From Felis catus (taxonomy: Eukaryota): DNA of 64,000 nucleotides. The notes under the pieces were generated by a model that ran no database searches, was not told the origin of the DNA, and saw only the letters and a list, made by a program, of their open reading frames with translations. Of the stretch, positions 36,835-47,673 are shown piece after piece. The DNA lies in contig NC_058368.1 of the NCBI RefSeq assembly GCF_018350175.1, forward strand, positions 107,262,001 to 107,326,000, in the 5' to 3' direction. Position numbers and translations under genes: made by a program. Each line of letters begins with the position of its first letter. Position 1 is the stretch's first letter.

Positions 36835-38000
36835 AATAAAAACTTACTTAAAAAAAATGTTTTTAAATAAAAATAAGAATAAAAACTTTGCATTCGACAA
36901 CTTATCCAAGCTGTACCCTTTAAGATTTTTGTCATTCACTGTATGATTAGAGCATGATATATGAATATTTATTTTTACCAAACTCATTTCTTCTCTTTAA
37001 TATTTAGAATTGGGTACAGTTTTCATTATGGCATTGTCACTGGAGAAGTAGGACATACTGTAAGAACTTTACTATTAATATTTGAAGACAATAATTGAGG
37101 GAAAATAATAGTGTTAATTTGAAAACCCACTATTTTGCCTATTGCCTTCATATTTACTGGTTTTATAACATAAAAGAAAGATCATAAGGCATTTTCATTG
37201 AGGGTAATAAGACTCCTCATTTAGTTATGTAGTATTGCATCACTACATCATAGAGGATAAAATGAGTTTCAACATTTGCAAAGCAAATTAACCAACTCTT
37301 AGGTACACGTTTGCCATTATATTTTATACCACTTTAATGATTTATTATTTCTTGTTCACATCCATACATTATTCTGATTTACAGAGAGTCTGTACTTCCT
37401 AGAACAAGAATGACTTTTTTTGCTCCTACAAATTCTCCTGAATCTCATTTGTAGGAAGAGATTCAAAGAAAATTTTCTAAGTTAGGAGATCCTTTCTTAT
37501 AACAAAAAATGGAGCACGATAAGGAGAACAAAAGAATTTGCACTAAATTGAAAGAGCCTCTTTACACAAAGCAAAGAAATTTTCTCCTTGGAGGAGAAAA
37601 AATTAATGCAGCCATGTTCTTAATAGAGAACAGGAAAGATGTTCATGAACAGGTTTCTGATAATGGCATGGCCTTCACGTTCTCCTTTGTTTCGACAGAG
37701 ACCTCATAAAGACAATTTAGCTTTTTAGTCTTTAGATGATGATATGAAGTCACATGATGGCTACACTGAGCATACTTGAATTAATTTTTAAGGAAATCTT
37801 AAGGCCATTCTCATTTGCTCACTTTTTCAATACCTACACTAATAATAATAGTAAAAACAAATAACTACAGTAATAATACCTAATGATTATTAATACTCTT
37901 GTTAATGGCAATTACTATATACCTAGTACTCTTCTAGGCATGTTAATTTCTCTAATCCTTTGTAACTATTTATATTCCATTTTTTAAGCTTTCCTGCTTT

Positions 38001-38304
38001 TTTTAAAAAAGATTTTGCTTTTCTTTAAATGTTTATTTATTTTGAGAGAGAGCAACCAAGGGAGGGAGGGGCGGAGAGAGAGGGAGAATCCCAAGCAGGC
38101 TCTGCGCTCACTGTGGGGCTCAAACTCACAAACTGTGAGATCATGCCCTGAAGCAAAAATCAAGAGTTGGTCACTTAACCAACAGAGCCACCCAGGTGCC
38201 CCTAAGATTTTATTTTTCGTAATCTCTATACCCCACAGGGGCTCAAACTCACAAACTCGAGAGCGAGTTGCACTCTCCACCGACTTGAACCAGCAAGACA
38301 CCCC
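38001..38304 (-). mobile_element. Short old Can-SINE (host)
   Basis: TSD taagctttcct(g/a)cttt 37985-38000 / 38305-38320. Confidence 0.75.
38017..38202 (-). mobile_element. Can-SINE nested in the tail of an older SINE
   Basis: Flanked by aagatttt 38009-38016 / 38204-38211. Confidence 0.85.
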
Positions 38305-38845
38305 TAAGCTTTCCTACTTTCTATCTTTTCTGTCCCTTACTGAACTCCCCATGATGTGTCTTCTTTTCCTTTCCTCCTGATTTTTTCATAGTTTACTTTT
38401 TAAGCTTTCTTTCTTTCTTGGTTCTGTGAACTGACATTTCGTCTCCCTGTCACATCTCTGAGATATTTTATTTCTCCTTTGTTGGTTTCAAAGATAGAGG
38501 AAATTGTTTCTTATGTTTTTACAGCACTTGCTTAATGTTTCCCTCAGTTCCGTGGCTTCTGTTTTTCAGGAGGGTGTGTGGAGGAGAGGGCAGAGGCTAG
38601 TTTTTCATCTAGTGTTTGTTTGTTTGTTTTTTAATATGGAAACTTTGGGGTAATGTGTACTGTGTTCCTTTTTTGGAAAACATACTTATCCCTGGAAAAA
38701 TTCCTTTTCCCTGGGCAAGCTCTTCACCATAGATATTTTGTCAGGGATGCTTGTTAGTGTTCTAGGCTTACTGATTTCAATGGAGAAAAGGCTTTGGTCC
38801 TCTCTACTACCTCACGGTAAACTTGCTTCTTGAAAACATGGCTTA

Positions 38846-39080
38846 GGGGCACCTGGGTGGCTCAGTCAGTTAAGTGTCGTTACTTTTGTTAAGTGACCTG
38901 ACTTTTGCTCAGGTCGTGATCTCACAGTTCGTGAGTCCACGCCCTTCTACAGGTTCTGCCCTGACTACGCAGAGCCTGCTAGGGTTTCTTCCTCTCCACC
39001 TCTCTCTCCCCCTCCCTGGCTCAAGCTCATGTGCTTGCTCTCAAAATACATAAATCAACTTAAAAAAAAAATTTTTTTTT
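38846..39080 (+). mobile_element. Can-SINE with 19-bp internal tandem duplication
   Basis: gttaagtgtcgttactttt + gttaagtgacctgactttt at 38869-38906; TSD aacatg(g/a)ctt. Confidence 0.88.
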
Positions 39081-39459
39081 AACATGACTTCATGACTTAA
39101 TTCTTTGACTTCTGTAGCTCCTTCTCCTCTCTGAAACAAACCGTTTCCATCCGGGGCTTATTCGGCCCTCCCCAATCACCTCAGCTCCTGCACCCATAAT
39201 TGTCTACACAGGGTAGGTTTGATACCCTACATTGTCAGGCAGCGTGTCTTTCCTGGTTATTTCAGAGATCTACTGTCCTTTGAACCCTTTTGCCCCTGAC
39301 ATTGCTGTGTTTGGCCTTTTGTCCCCAGTTGCTTCCAGATGCCCCTGCTCAATCTCAGCTTTTGGAAAACTCACACATATTTTGGTGACTACGTACTGTT
39401 CTGGTCTTTTTGCTTTTTAAAGATGGAGTTGGCTGTATATGATTTTTAATATTTGCTAT

Positions 39460-39630
39460 GTCTTTTAAAAAGTCTTATCAAGGTCTAATGTACATTCTAC
39501 CAAAGTCTCCCCTGTACATGTACAGATTAGTAATAGTTAGTAAATTTATACAGTTGTGCAACCATTAACAAGTCTAGTTTTCTGAACATTGCGATGCTCC
39601 AAAAGCGACTTTGTTGTGCCTATTTGCGTT
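39460..39630 (-). mobile_element. L1MB-like 3' end fragment
   Basis: ttagtaaatttatacagttgtgcaaccatt...tagttttctgaacatt. Confidence 0.55.
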
Positions 39631-40479
39631 CTTTGAAAATGTATTTGCTGAAATGGAAGTCCTTTACTGATATGGCTATGATCATTCCAAAAATTATCTA
39701 TGCTATGTTCTCATTATTCATAAATCTAAGGGGGGAAATGGAAGGTTAATATAGTAGGAGACTAATAATAATATACAACTGTATCTTGGCATCTATTCTT
39801 CTCTCTGATTTTTATAATAGAGTTTTCTATAGCTTCTTAGGTAATTTTCTTATCAGAGAGTGAGATTTGTTGGAGGGGACAGTTGAAGCACTGAGGTCTG
39901 TCAGGACCCACTGATGTTAATTGTTGCTGTGATTTTGTTGGTGTGGAATGCTTTTCCCCTTCCCGTATCAATCTCTGGAAGTAGCGAGAAATCAATTGGA
40001 AGTTCTAGAAAGAAGCAGCAGCCCGTCTGCATTGGACTTCCTGAATTATTTCAAACAAGCTAATATAATCTTAAAAGTAAATTTTATACTTTTTCTTAAA
40101 ACCATTTTGCTACATTCACAATTTAATGTGATAAATAATAAAACCAGCTGTTTATTCTGGTTGTAGTTGTGATCTCTTATATCTCAGTTGACTCAGGGTT
40201 AAATCACTTAAGCATGAACCTTGGTTTCCTGAAATTTCCTCAACAACTTATCTTTTGTTAGGAGGACTCTTGTTAGGAGAGGATGCCTCAGTGGCATGTT
40301 AGATGTATTGAAGCATTGAGTCTATGCAGCCAAATTGTAACTATTTCCAAGCGTTTCCAGAGATGAGCAAAGATGAGGCAAGCCAATGAAAGGGTGCCAC
40401 TCTCCTTCTATGAAAATTCCTAGCTAAAAAGAACAGCCTCAGGAGGAGATTGGCAAATCCTTGAACTGTTACTTATGTA

Positions 40480-40705
40480 CAGTTGCCATTTACTGAGTGT
40501 TTTCCATATGCCAGACACAATGTTAAGCATTGTGTATATATTTTTCTTATAGAGCAACATTTTAATATACAGTGTGGCAGTTAACATTTTCTCTGTTATA
40601 GATAGGGAGGCTGAGATTTAGACAGGTTGGCTAGGAAATGGCTTAGAAAGGTAGAGCCAGTCTTCAAATCCCAATCTGGCTAACTCCATAGCCAGGTTCT
40701 TAAAT
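40480..40705 (-). mobile_element. MIR
   Basis: ccatttactgagtg...atgccagacac...atagatagggaggctgagattta...gtagagccagtcttcaaatcccaatctggctaactccatagcc. Confidence 0.75.
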
Positions 40706-42682
40706 GTTCTCACATTTATGCTGTATAGCTTGGACCTTCTCCCTATATATAAAAATAGGAAATTTGGATATGTTCTATGTTTCTTCATGGAAAATGTGGC
40801 ATGAATTCAAGATGCTTTCATCATTACTGTACTTCCTGGAATGTGTCTGAATACATGGTTTCCAAGGATTGCCTCCATCATGGTCTTTGTCTATTTGTAA
40901 TATTTCTGCAAAGGATTACATTAGAAAGATAAGCACCATGGATACAGATTGGGCTATAATGATGTGAGTGATATGAGTTAGTTAAACATTTCAATACTTA
41001 GATAGTATTTGTTTTATAACAAAATGTCACCTTTATCAAATTGTGCTGTATTAATCACTTTAATAGCACGAAAAGAGCAAGATTAAGTCAGCAATTTCCC
41101 AGTTTGCCTCTGAACATTGTTTCCTGTTTAATTTAACATTGCCCCTTCTTCTTAGTACTGTAAAGCATGCCTTAAGAAAGAATAGCTTCATATAGCCAAT
41201 ACCTTTTACAGGTGGTATAATTAGTCTTTCATATATGATCAGAAATATTTTTTTTGCCTTCTTCCATACAAACAAAAAAAAGCATGGAAAGTTAAATACA
41301 GTAAAATATTGAAAGCAATTTCAGGTACAAAATATTAATACCACAGAAGTAGAGACACAACAGCTCACGGTAAATTATGGATTCAGTTTGATTCATCATC
41401 AATCAGAATGTTAAATAAAAATTATCATGTGTTTTGAGAAAAGAAAATGGATGCAGTTCAACTATGTCTTGAGTCCAAAATCCTTCTCAAAATATCTGCT
41501 GTTATATTCTTCAAAGTCATATCATGGTGATTTGAAAATCTGAGTATCTCAGTTTTACTGGAGATAAAGAATCTCCTATAGTATGGGTCCTACCCCTTTT
41601 AGGTGACCTTCTATAGGAAAACTTCTATGATTTATAGTCTCTCTTTCTTTCTGTCTCTCTGTCTTCCCCACCCTCCTTTCCTCCCCTCCAGCCACATATC
41701 CACACATATTTATGTACATACATATCAGAAAATCCTATCTAATTCTACATACATGTATATCACAGTTTCAAATAAAATCTTTTATTAATTGGAATATAAC
41801 AGACAAACATATCTTAAGTAATATTTCAATGAATGCTCACAAATAGAATATGTACATGTCACCATGAACTACATCGACAAATAGAGCATTAACAGCTCCC
41901 TGTCCTCTTTCTTGAATTTTTATTACTATTCTAACAGCTAATAGTATAGGTTAGCTTTACCTGTGTCTGAATTCCATGTAAATAGAGTCAAACAAAACAT
42001 ATTCTTTTGTGTATGTCTTGTTTCACTTGTTTGTGAGATTTGTCCATATTGTTGTAGTAGTATATTTATTTTAATTGATGTTTTATTTGTTATTATATGA
42101 ATATGTGACATTAATTTATGCTACTCTTGATACACATTTGGGTCGGTTTCAGTTGGGAGTATTTTGAATAATGCTTCTATGAAAATTCTTATATATATAT
42201 TTTAGGTGTATGGATGGTTGTATTTATATTGGGTATATATCTAAGAGTAGAATTACTGAGTCATAGGAAATGTGTGGGGTCATTTTACTTGATACATTTT
42301 CCATACTGGTTGAACCAAGTTACAACCTCATCACACATGTATGAGAGTTCCAGATCCTAACAATACATTATCAGTCTGATTAGTTTTAGCCATTCTTATA
42401 GGTCTGTAATGTTATCACATCATTACTTTAAATTGCATTACTTGATGATGAATGAGATAGAGAATGTTTTTGTATGTTAATTGGGCATTTGCATATTCTC
42501 TTTTGTGAAGTGCCCGTTAAGGGTTTGTTTTTTGTTTTTTTTTGGGGGGGGGGGTTTCCATTTTGCAGCTGGGTTTGTCCTTCTTGCTTACTAATTTGTA
42601 TAGGTTTATTACATATTCTGGGTATTAGTCCTTTTGGTATGATCTGTTAAAAAATGTCTTCTCCCATTCTGTAGTTTACCTC

Positions 42683-42684
<2 letters not shown>

Positions 42685-42730
<46 letters not shown>

Positions 42731-42734
42731 TGTG
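42685..42734. repeat. (GT)n microsatellite
   Basis: About 24 GT units with one interruption. Confidence 0.95.
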
Positions 42735-43269
42735 AATTCTTTTTTTTTCAAATGTACATAATTTACCCTTTATAATCTTATAGTGATGTTTTTGAGGAAC
42801 AGAATTATTAATTTTAATGTAGTCCAGTTCATCAATCTGTTTTTATAGTTGGTACCTTGTGTCATATTTAAGAGTTCTTCACACAGTCAAAAGTCATGCA
42901 GATATTTTATTGGGTAAACTTTTATATTTATAACAACAATCCATCTGGGATATATTTTCCATGTGGGGGCAGGGGGAGGAAGGGGACCAGTTTTTCCTTT
43001 TTTCCACATGAATATCCAACTATCCTTGCATTATTGACAGAAAAGACCATCCTTTCTCCACTCTTCAGTGTCTTTATTTGTTGTAAATTATGTGATATTG
43101 TAAATCATGTGGTAGGTTTATTTATGGATTATTTTGGTCTTTTGTTCTATTTGTTTATCTTTGTATCAGGATCATACTGTCTAAATTTCTATAACTTTTT
43201 AATCTGCAGTATATCTTTTTTTAACGTTGTCATGAATATACTTGGCTTTTCATTTCTCTATAAATTTTA

Positions 43270-43498
43270 TATTTTTATTATTTTTTAAATGTTTATTAAT
43301 TTTTGAGAGAAAGAGAGAGAGACAGAGCATGAGCAGGGGAGGGGAAGAGAGAGGGAGAAACACAGAATCCAAAGCACAGAATCCAAATCCTCTGAGTTGT
43401 CAGCACAGAGCCCAATGTGGGGCTTGAATGCACGAACAGTGAGATCATGACCTGAGCCAAAGTCGGACGCTTAACCAACTGAGTTAACCAGGCACCCC
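43270..43498 (-). mobile_element. SINEC_Fc-type SINE in L1, with short internal tandem duplication
   Basis: TSD tcatttct(c/g)t(a/g)taaatttta 43250-43269 / 43499-43518; cacagaatccaaa repeated at 43361-43387. Confidence 0.9.
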
Positions 43499-43630
43499 TC
43501 ATTTCTGTGTAAATTTTAGAATCATCCTGTTAATATCAAGAGCAACATTTTCTTTTTAATAAAGGGTGGGATTTGTATTGAATTGCATTGAACCTATATA
43601 TCAAATTGAGATTGGTATTTCACAGTATAT

Positions 43631-43990
43631 TTTGAACAAACATTTGCAAATATAATCCAGCTGTATATAAAGAGGATGATATATCAGGATGATGATGGGT
43701 TTAGTCAGTGGATAAAATGGTTGTTTAATATTGGAATTTCAATTAGTGATTCACCATAACAGAAGAGAGAAAGAAAGAAAGATATCACACAGTCTTCTCA
43801 ATGGATGCAGGAAAAAAAAAAAACCTTGGATCAACTTGAAATGTCATTCATGATGAAAGCTCTTACCAAACTAGAAATAGAAAGGAACTTACTTAATGTC
43901 TTAAGGAGAGAAAATGACAACTTCTTCTCTGAGTCTGGGATCGGAACAAGGTTGTGCTATACCACGTTTTACTGAAGATCCTGGCCCGAA
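43631..43990 (+). mobile_element. L1 ORF2 RT-region segment in opposite orientation (inverted 5' part)
   Basis: Sense motifs gcaaatataatccagctgtatataaagagg (ANRIQQYIKR-like), tctcaatggatgcagg (ISIDAE-like), aaactagaaatagaaaggaac (KLGIEGN-like), ggaacaaggttgtg, gaagatcctggcc (EVLA-like). Confidence 0.75.
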
Positions 43991-43999
43991 ACAAGGAAA

Positions 44000-44218
44000 C
44001 TAACTCAGACTTGTGACTTGGCAGTTGACTTCTGCAGAGTGGGAGTTCCAACAGACAAGAAGTGGAAGCTGCCAATCTAGAAACGGGTGCAGTGTTGTTT
44101 CTAGTGTGGTCTCTTAGTTAAAGTAGTGACAGAATCACTGGGGTCCAAGAGAAAGGGACAAAGACCCGTCTCTCGATGGGAGGAGCATCAGAGAATTTAT
44201 CACTGCTATTCTGCCACA
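44000..44218 (-). mobile_element. MLT1-type MaLR LTR fragment
   Basis: gagttccaacagacaagaagtggaagctgcc...tctcgatgggaggagcatcagagaattt...ctgccaca. Confidence 0.65.
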
Positions 44219-45261
44219 AGTTCTTTTACAAGTTAGGAGCTAGTTATTTTTTGCAGTAAACTTGAGCCCCTACCTTGATTGACTAAAAAATAATTAGTCA
44301 TTAATTTGCTTCCTTGAGGTCTTCCTAGGCTGTACTCTACTGTTTTTCAGCACTGATGTTGCTATGGAAAATGTTGTGACAAGACTTGTTCTTTTCCCAC
44401 TTAGAGCCAAAGTGGGTTTTGTTTGTTCATTCTTCTCTTTTTTTCTCTTGGCCTAATGACACATTGATATATATCTGCCTCTATTTTAAGGGAAACATGT
44501 CCCTCAGGTATATTTTACATATATAATTTTATCTTAAATGTATATCTATGTGTACTGAACATATATTCAAGCGTTTAAATGCGTATAAATATTTATATTT
44601 ATATATGTGTATGCATGTATACACAAAGACTTATATCTCCAAACTTCTTATCCCCTCTTTTATGTTTCCATTATTCGGCTAAATTTTCTCAAGTATCTTT
44701 CTCCTGAGTTTTCCACAAATCTCTTTCTTGGGTTCTTGTAATGTGATTATCTTTCATTTTAGTTCTTTTCTTTAAGCTCATGTATCTATTTCTTGAATTC
44801 TTATTTATAGAGATTGTATTTTTTTAATTTCTTTGACTTGTCTATAATTTTCACTTGCTTTAGATATGTATTCATAAGTTTGCAATATTCTTTTCCTCTT
44901 TCTTCATCAATATACTTACAGCTATCTCCTGTCGCTGCTGCCACTGGTAGTTCTCCTTCTGTTCTTCCTCCACCCCCTCCTTTTTCTTCTCCACTGGTAC
45001 TTCTCTTGAACGAGTGTAATGGAGGTTTCTTTATTGACAGAGAAGAAAGAGTCAGCTGGCAGTTTGCAGTATGACCTCATAACTCTAGATTTTTCCCCAT
45101 TTTGTTTCTATTTGAAGTAGTGAACTTGTCATACACCAGCATAGAAACCTTCTGGCTCATAAGGATGTGAAACATGTCTAATTTGGGACATGATCCTTTA
45201 GATCAGTAGTGTAGATCAATATAATTTCTGTTCCACATTACCTTAACAAGAACTTACTCTG

Positions 45262-45485
45262 AGCGTTCCTGGGTGGTTCACTCAGTTGGGCATCTGACTT
45301 CATTCAGCTCAGGTCATGATCTCGCAGTTCGTGAGTTCAGGCCCCACGTCGGTGTCTCTACTGTCAGCTTGGGGCCTGCTTCAGACCCTTTATCTCTCTC
45401 TCTCTCTCTCTGCCCCTCTCCCACTCATGCATACATACATGCTCTCTCTCAAAAATAAATAAGCATTAAAGCAAATTAAGAAAAA
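45262..45485 (+). mobile_element. Can-SINE about 500 nt upstream of the acceptor
   Basis: TSD aagaacttactctg 45248-45261 / 45486-45499. Confidence 0.9.
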
Positions 45486-45939
45486 AAGAACTTACTCTGT
45501 AAACATGGTATATCAGAATGCTCAATAAAACTTAGGTCTCCTTTGGGGCTGGTATGGCCATTCCAAGCAACAAGTCATGGGGTTTACTCCTCAAGGTTAA
45601 CCCCCTATTTTGTAAAGCCCATGATCTATCCACACTGCCTGTCCCTCACAATGATCCTTTATGGGTTTTGGATATATTCAATTCATATTTTCTTTGATGT
45701 TTTGGGTTGACTTCAAAAGGAATAGAAGGACAAAGATTCTTTACTTTGGAATACACAGCTGGACTTTAGTGTGCAGTATATGTATGTAACGGGAGGTTAG
45801 GTGACAGTGTTTGAGTGTGTGAATTTGACATTTTAAAACTGTTTTCATTTCTTTTATATATAAATTTGACAATTCATTTTCTAACTAATTTCATTAAATA
45901 TTTTAATTTAAGTTTAAAGGTTTTCACTTATTGCTTTAT

Positions 45940-45985
45940 TTATTTTTAAATTTATTGTAACTTCTTGATTTCTTTTACTTTTCAG
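45940..45985 (+). other. CHSY3: 3' splice acceptor (polypyrimidine tract + AG) of the last CHSY3 intron
   Basis: ...tgtaacttcttgatttcttttacttttcag directly before the in-frame exon; branch-point-like tgtaac about 25-30 nt upstream. Confidence 0.9.
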
Positions 45986-47548
45986 ATGCAACAACTGTTC
46001 CATGAAAATTACGAACATAATCGGAAGGGTTATATCCAGGACCTTCACAACAGCAAAATCCATGCAGCCATAACACTGCATCCCAACAAAAGGCCTGCCT
46101 ACCAATACAGGCTTCACAATTACATGCTCAGCCGCAAAATTTCTGAACTTCGCTACCGCACCATCCAGCTCCACCGGGAGAGTGCTCTGATGAGCAAGCT
46201 CAGTAACAGTGAAGTGAGTAAAGAGGACCAGCAGCTGGGAGTGATGCCTTCTTTCAACCACTTCCAGCCTCGGGAGAGAGATGAAGTGATAGAATGGGAG
46301 TTCCTGACAGGGAAGCTCCTTTACTCAGCATCTGAGAACCAGCCTCCTCGACAGAGCATCAACAGCATCCTGAGAACAGCACTGGATGACACAGTCCTAC
46401 AGGTGATGGAGATGATCAATGAAAATGCCAAGAGTAGGGGACGGCTCATTGACTTCAAGGAAATTCAGTATGGCTACCGCAGGGTTGATCCCATGCATGG
46501 GGTGGAGTACATTTTGGATTTACTCCTCTTGTATAAAAGACACAAGGGTAGGAAACTGACTGTGCCAGTGAGACGTCATGCTTATCTTCAGCAGTTGTTT
46601 AGCAAGCCTTTCTTTAGAGAAACTGAAGAGCTAGATGTCAACAGGCTTGTTGAGAGCATTAACAGTGACACTCAGTCATTCTCCTTTATATCTAATTCTT
46701 TAAAGATACTATCTTCTTTTCAAGGTGCCAAAGACATGGGAGGGCACAATGAAAAGAAAATACACATTCTTGTTCCTCTCATTGGAAGGTATGACATTTT
46801 CTTGCGATTCATGGACAACTTTGAAAAAACTTGTCTTGTTCCAAAGCAGAATGTAAAGCTGGTCATCACCCTTTTCAGTAGGGATTCTGGCCAAGATTCC
46901 AACAAGCATATTGAGCTGATCAAGGAATATCAGAATAAGTACCCTAAAGCAGAAATGACCCTGATCCCAATGAAGGGAGAGTTTTCCAGAGGTCTTGGTC
47001 TTGAAATGGCTTCTTCCCAGTTTGACAATGATACTTTGCTGCTATTTTGTGATGTTGACTTGATCTTCAGAGGAGACTTTCTCCAACGATGTAGAGACAA
47101 TACAATTCAGGGACAACAGGTGTACTACCCCATCATCTTTAGCCAGTATGACCCAAAGGTAACCAATGGGGGAAATCCTCCCACTGATGATGACTTTGTC
47201 TTCTCAAAGAAGACTGGATTTTGGAGAGACTACGGCTATGGAATTACCTGTATTTATAAAAGTGATCTGCTGGGTGCAGGTGGATTTGATACCTCAATAC
47301 AAGGCTGGGGACTGGAAGATGTAGATCTCTACAATAAAGTCATTCTATCTGGCTTAAGGCCCTTCAGAAGCCAAGAAGTAGGAGTGGTGCATATTTTCCA
47401 TCCAGTCCATTGTGACCCTAACTTGGACCCTAAGCAGTATAAGATGTGTTTAGGATCCAAGGCAAGTACTTTTGCCTCAACCATGCAACTGGCTGAACTC
47501 TGGTTGGAAAAACATTTGGGTGTCAGGTATAATCGAACTCTCTCCTGA
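45986..47548 (+). CDS. CHSY3: Terminal coding exon of chondroitin sulfate synthase 3 (C-terminal 520 aa, includes beta-1,4-GalNAc-transferase/GT7-like domain); partial gene, upstream exons lie outside the window
   Basis: Uninterrupted ORF MQQLFHENYEHNRKGYIQDLHNSKIH...FCDVD...QGWGLEDVD...ELWLEKHLGVRYNRTLS*. Recognisable CHSY family sequence; the C-terminus KHLGVRYNRTLS matches CHSY3 rather than CHSY1. Starts immediately after polypyrimidine tract + AG (tttcttttacttttcag|ATG), phase 0. The ORF-track start at 45965 lies in the intron. Confidence 0.96.
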   Translation: MQQLFHENYEHNRKGYIQDLHNSKIHAAITLHPNKRPAYQYRLHNYMLSRKISELRYRTIQLHRESALMSKLSNSEVSKEDQQLGVMPSFNHFQPRERDEVIEWEFLTGKLLYSASENQPPRQSINSILRTALDDTVLQVMEMINENAKSRGRLIDFKEIQYGYRRVDPMHGVEYILDLLLLYKRHKGRKLTVPVRRHAYLQQLFSKPFFRETEELDVNRLVESINSDTQSFSFISNSLKILSSFQGAKDMGGHNEKKIHILVPLIGRYDIFLRFMDNFEKTCLVPKQNVKLVITLFSRDSGQDSNKHIELIKEYQNKYPKAEMTLIPMKGEFSRGLGLEMASSQFDNDTLLLFCDVDLIFRGDFLQRCRDNTIQGQQVYYPIIFSQYDPKVTNGGNPPTDDDFVFSKKTGFWRDYGYGITCIYKSDLLGAGGFDTSIQGWGLEDVDLYNKVILSGLRPFRSQEVGVVHIFHPVHCDPNLDPKQYKMCLGSKASTFASTMQLAELWLEKHLGVRYNRTLS

Positions 47549-47593
47549 CAGTCCAGGCAACACATATTGCCTTTTTAAAGGGGAGTTTACCTC

Positions 47594-47673
47594 ATTGTTG
47601 GTTGTTGTTATTTTTATTTTATTATTGTTATTTTTATTATTATAATTATTATTGTTATAATTTTATTTTGTTA
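47594..47673. repeat. (TTA/TTG)n low-complexity tract in 3' UTR
   Basis: attgttggttgttgttatttttattttattattgttatttttattattataattattattgttataatttt. Confidence 0.8.

Larger units (their letters stand above)
41780..43630 (-). mobile_element. Old L1 (L1MD/ME-like) 3' UTR + ORF2 C-terminal part
   Basis: Antisense L1 motifs (ctaagagtagaattactgagtcatagg, tgggcatttgcatattctcttttgtgaagtgcc, attgaattgcattgaacctata). Confidence 0.8.
1..45985 (+). other. CHSY3: 3' portion of the long final intron of CHSY3 (inferred)
   Basis: No upstream CHSY coding sequence (N-terminal beta-3-GT domain, TM anchor) is recognisable in the ORF track or sequence; region is repeat-rich and non-coding. Confidence 0.8.

Noticed and set aside
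45965..45985. ORF-track N-terminus MISFTFQ
   Set aside because: It is the intronic polypyrimidine tract and acceptor read in frame from a TTG
45986..47548. Possibility of a processed pseudogene or intronless gene
   Set aside because: Intact frame, proper splice acceptor at the start, no poly(A) tail or TSD; fits a genuine terminal exon
45914..47565. Antisense ORFs overlapping the CHSY3 exon (115, 66, 67, 78 aa)
   Set aside because: Shadow ORFs of a coding strand; no independent evidence
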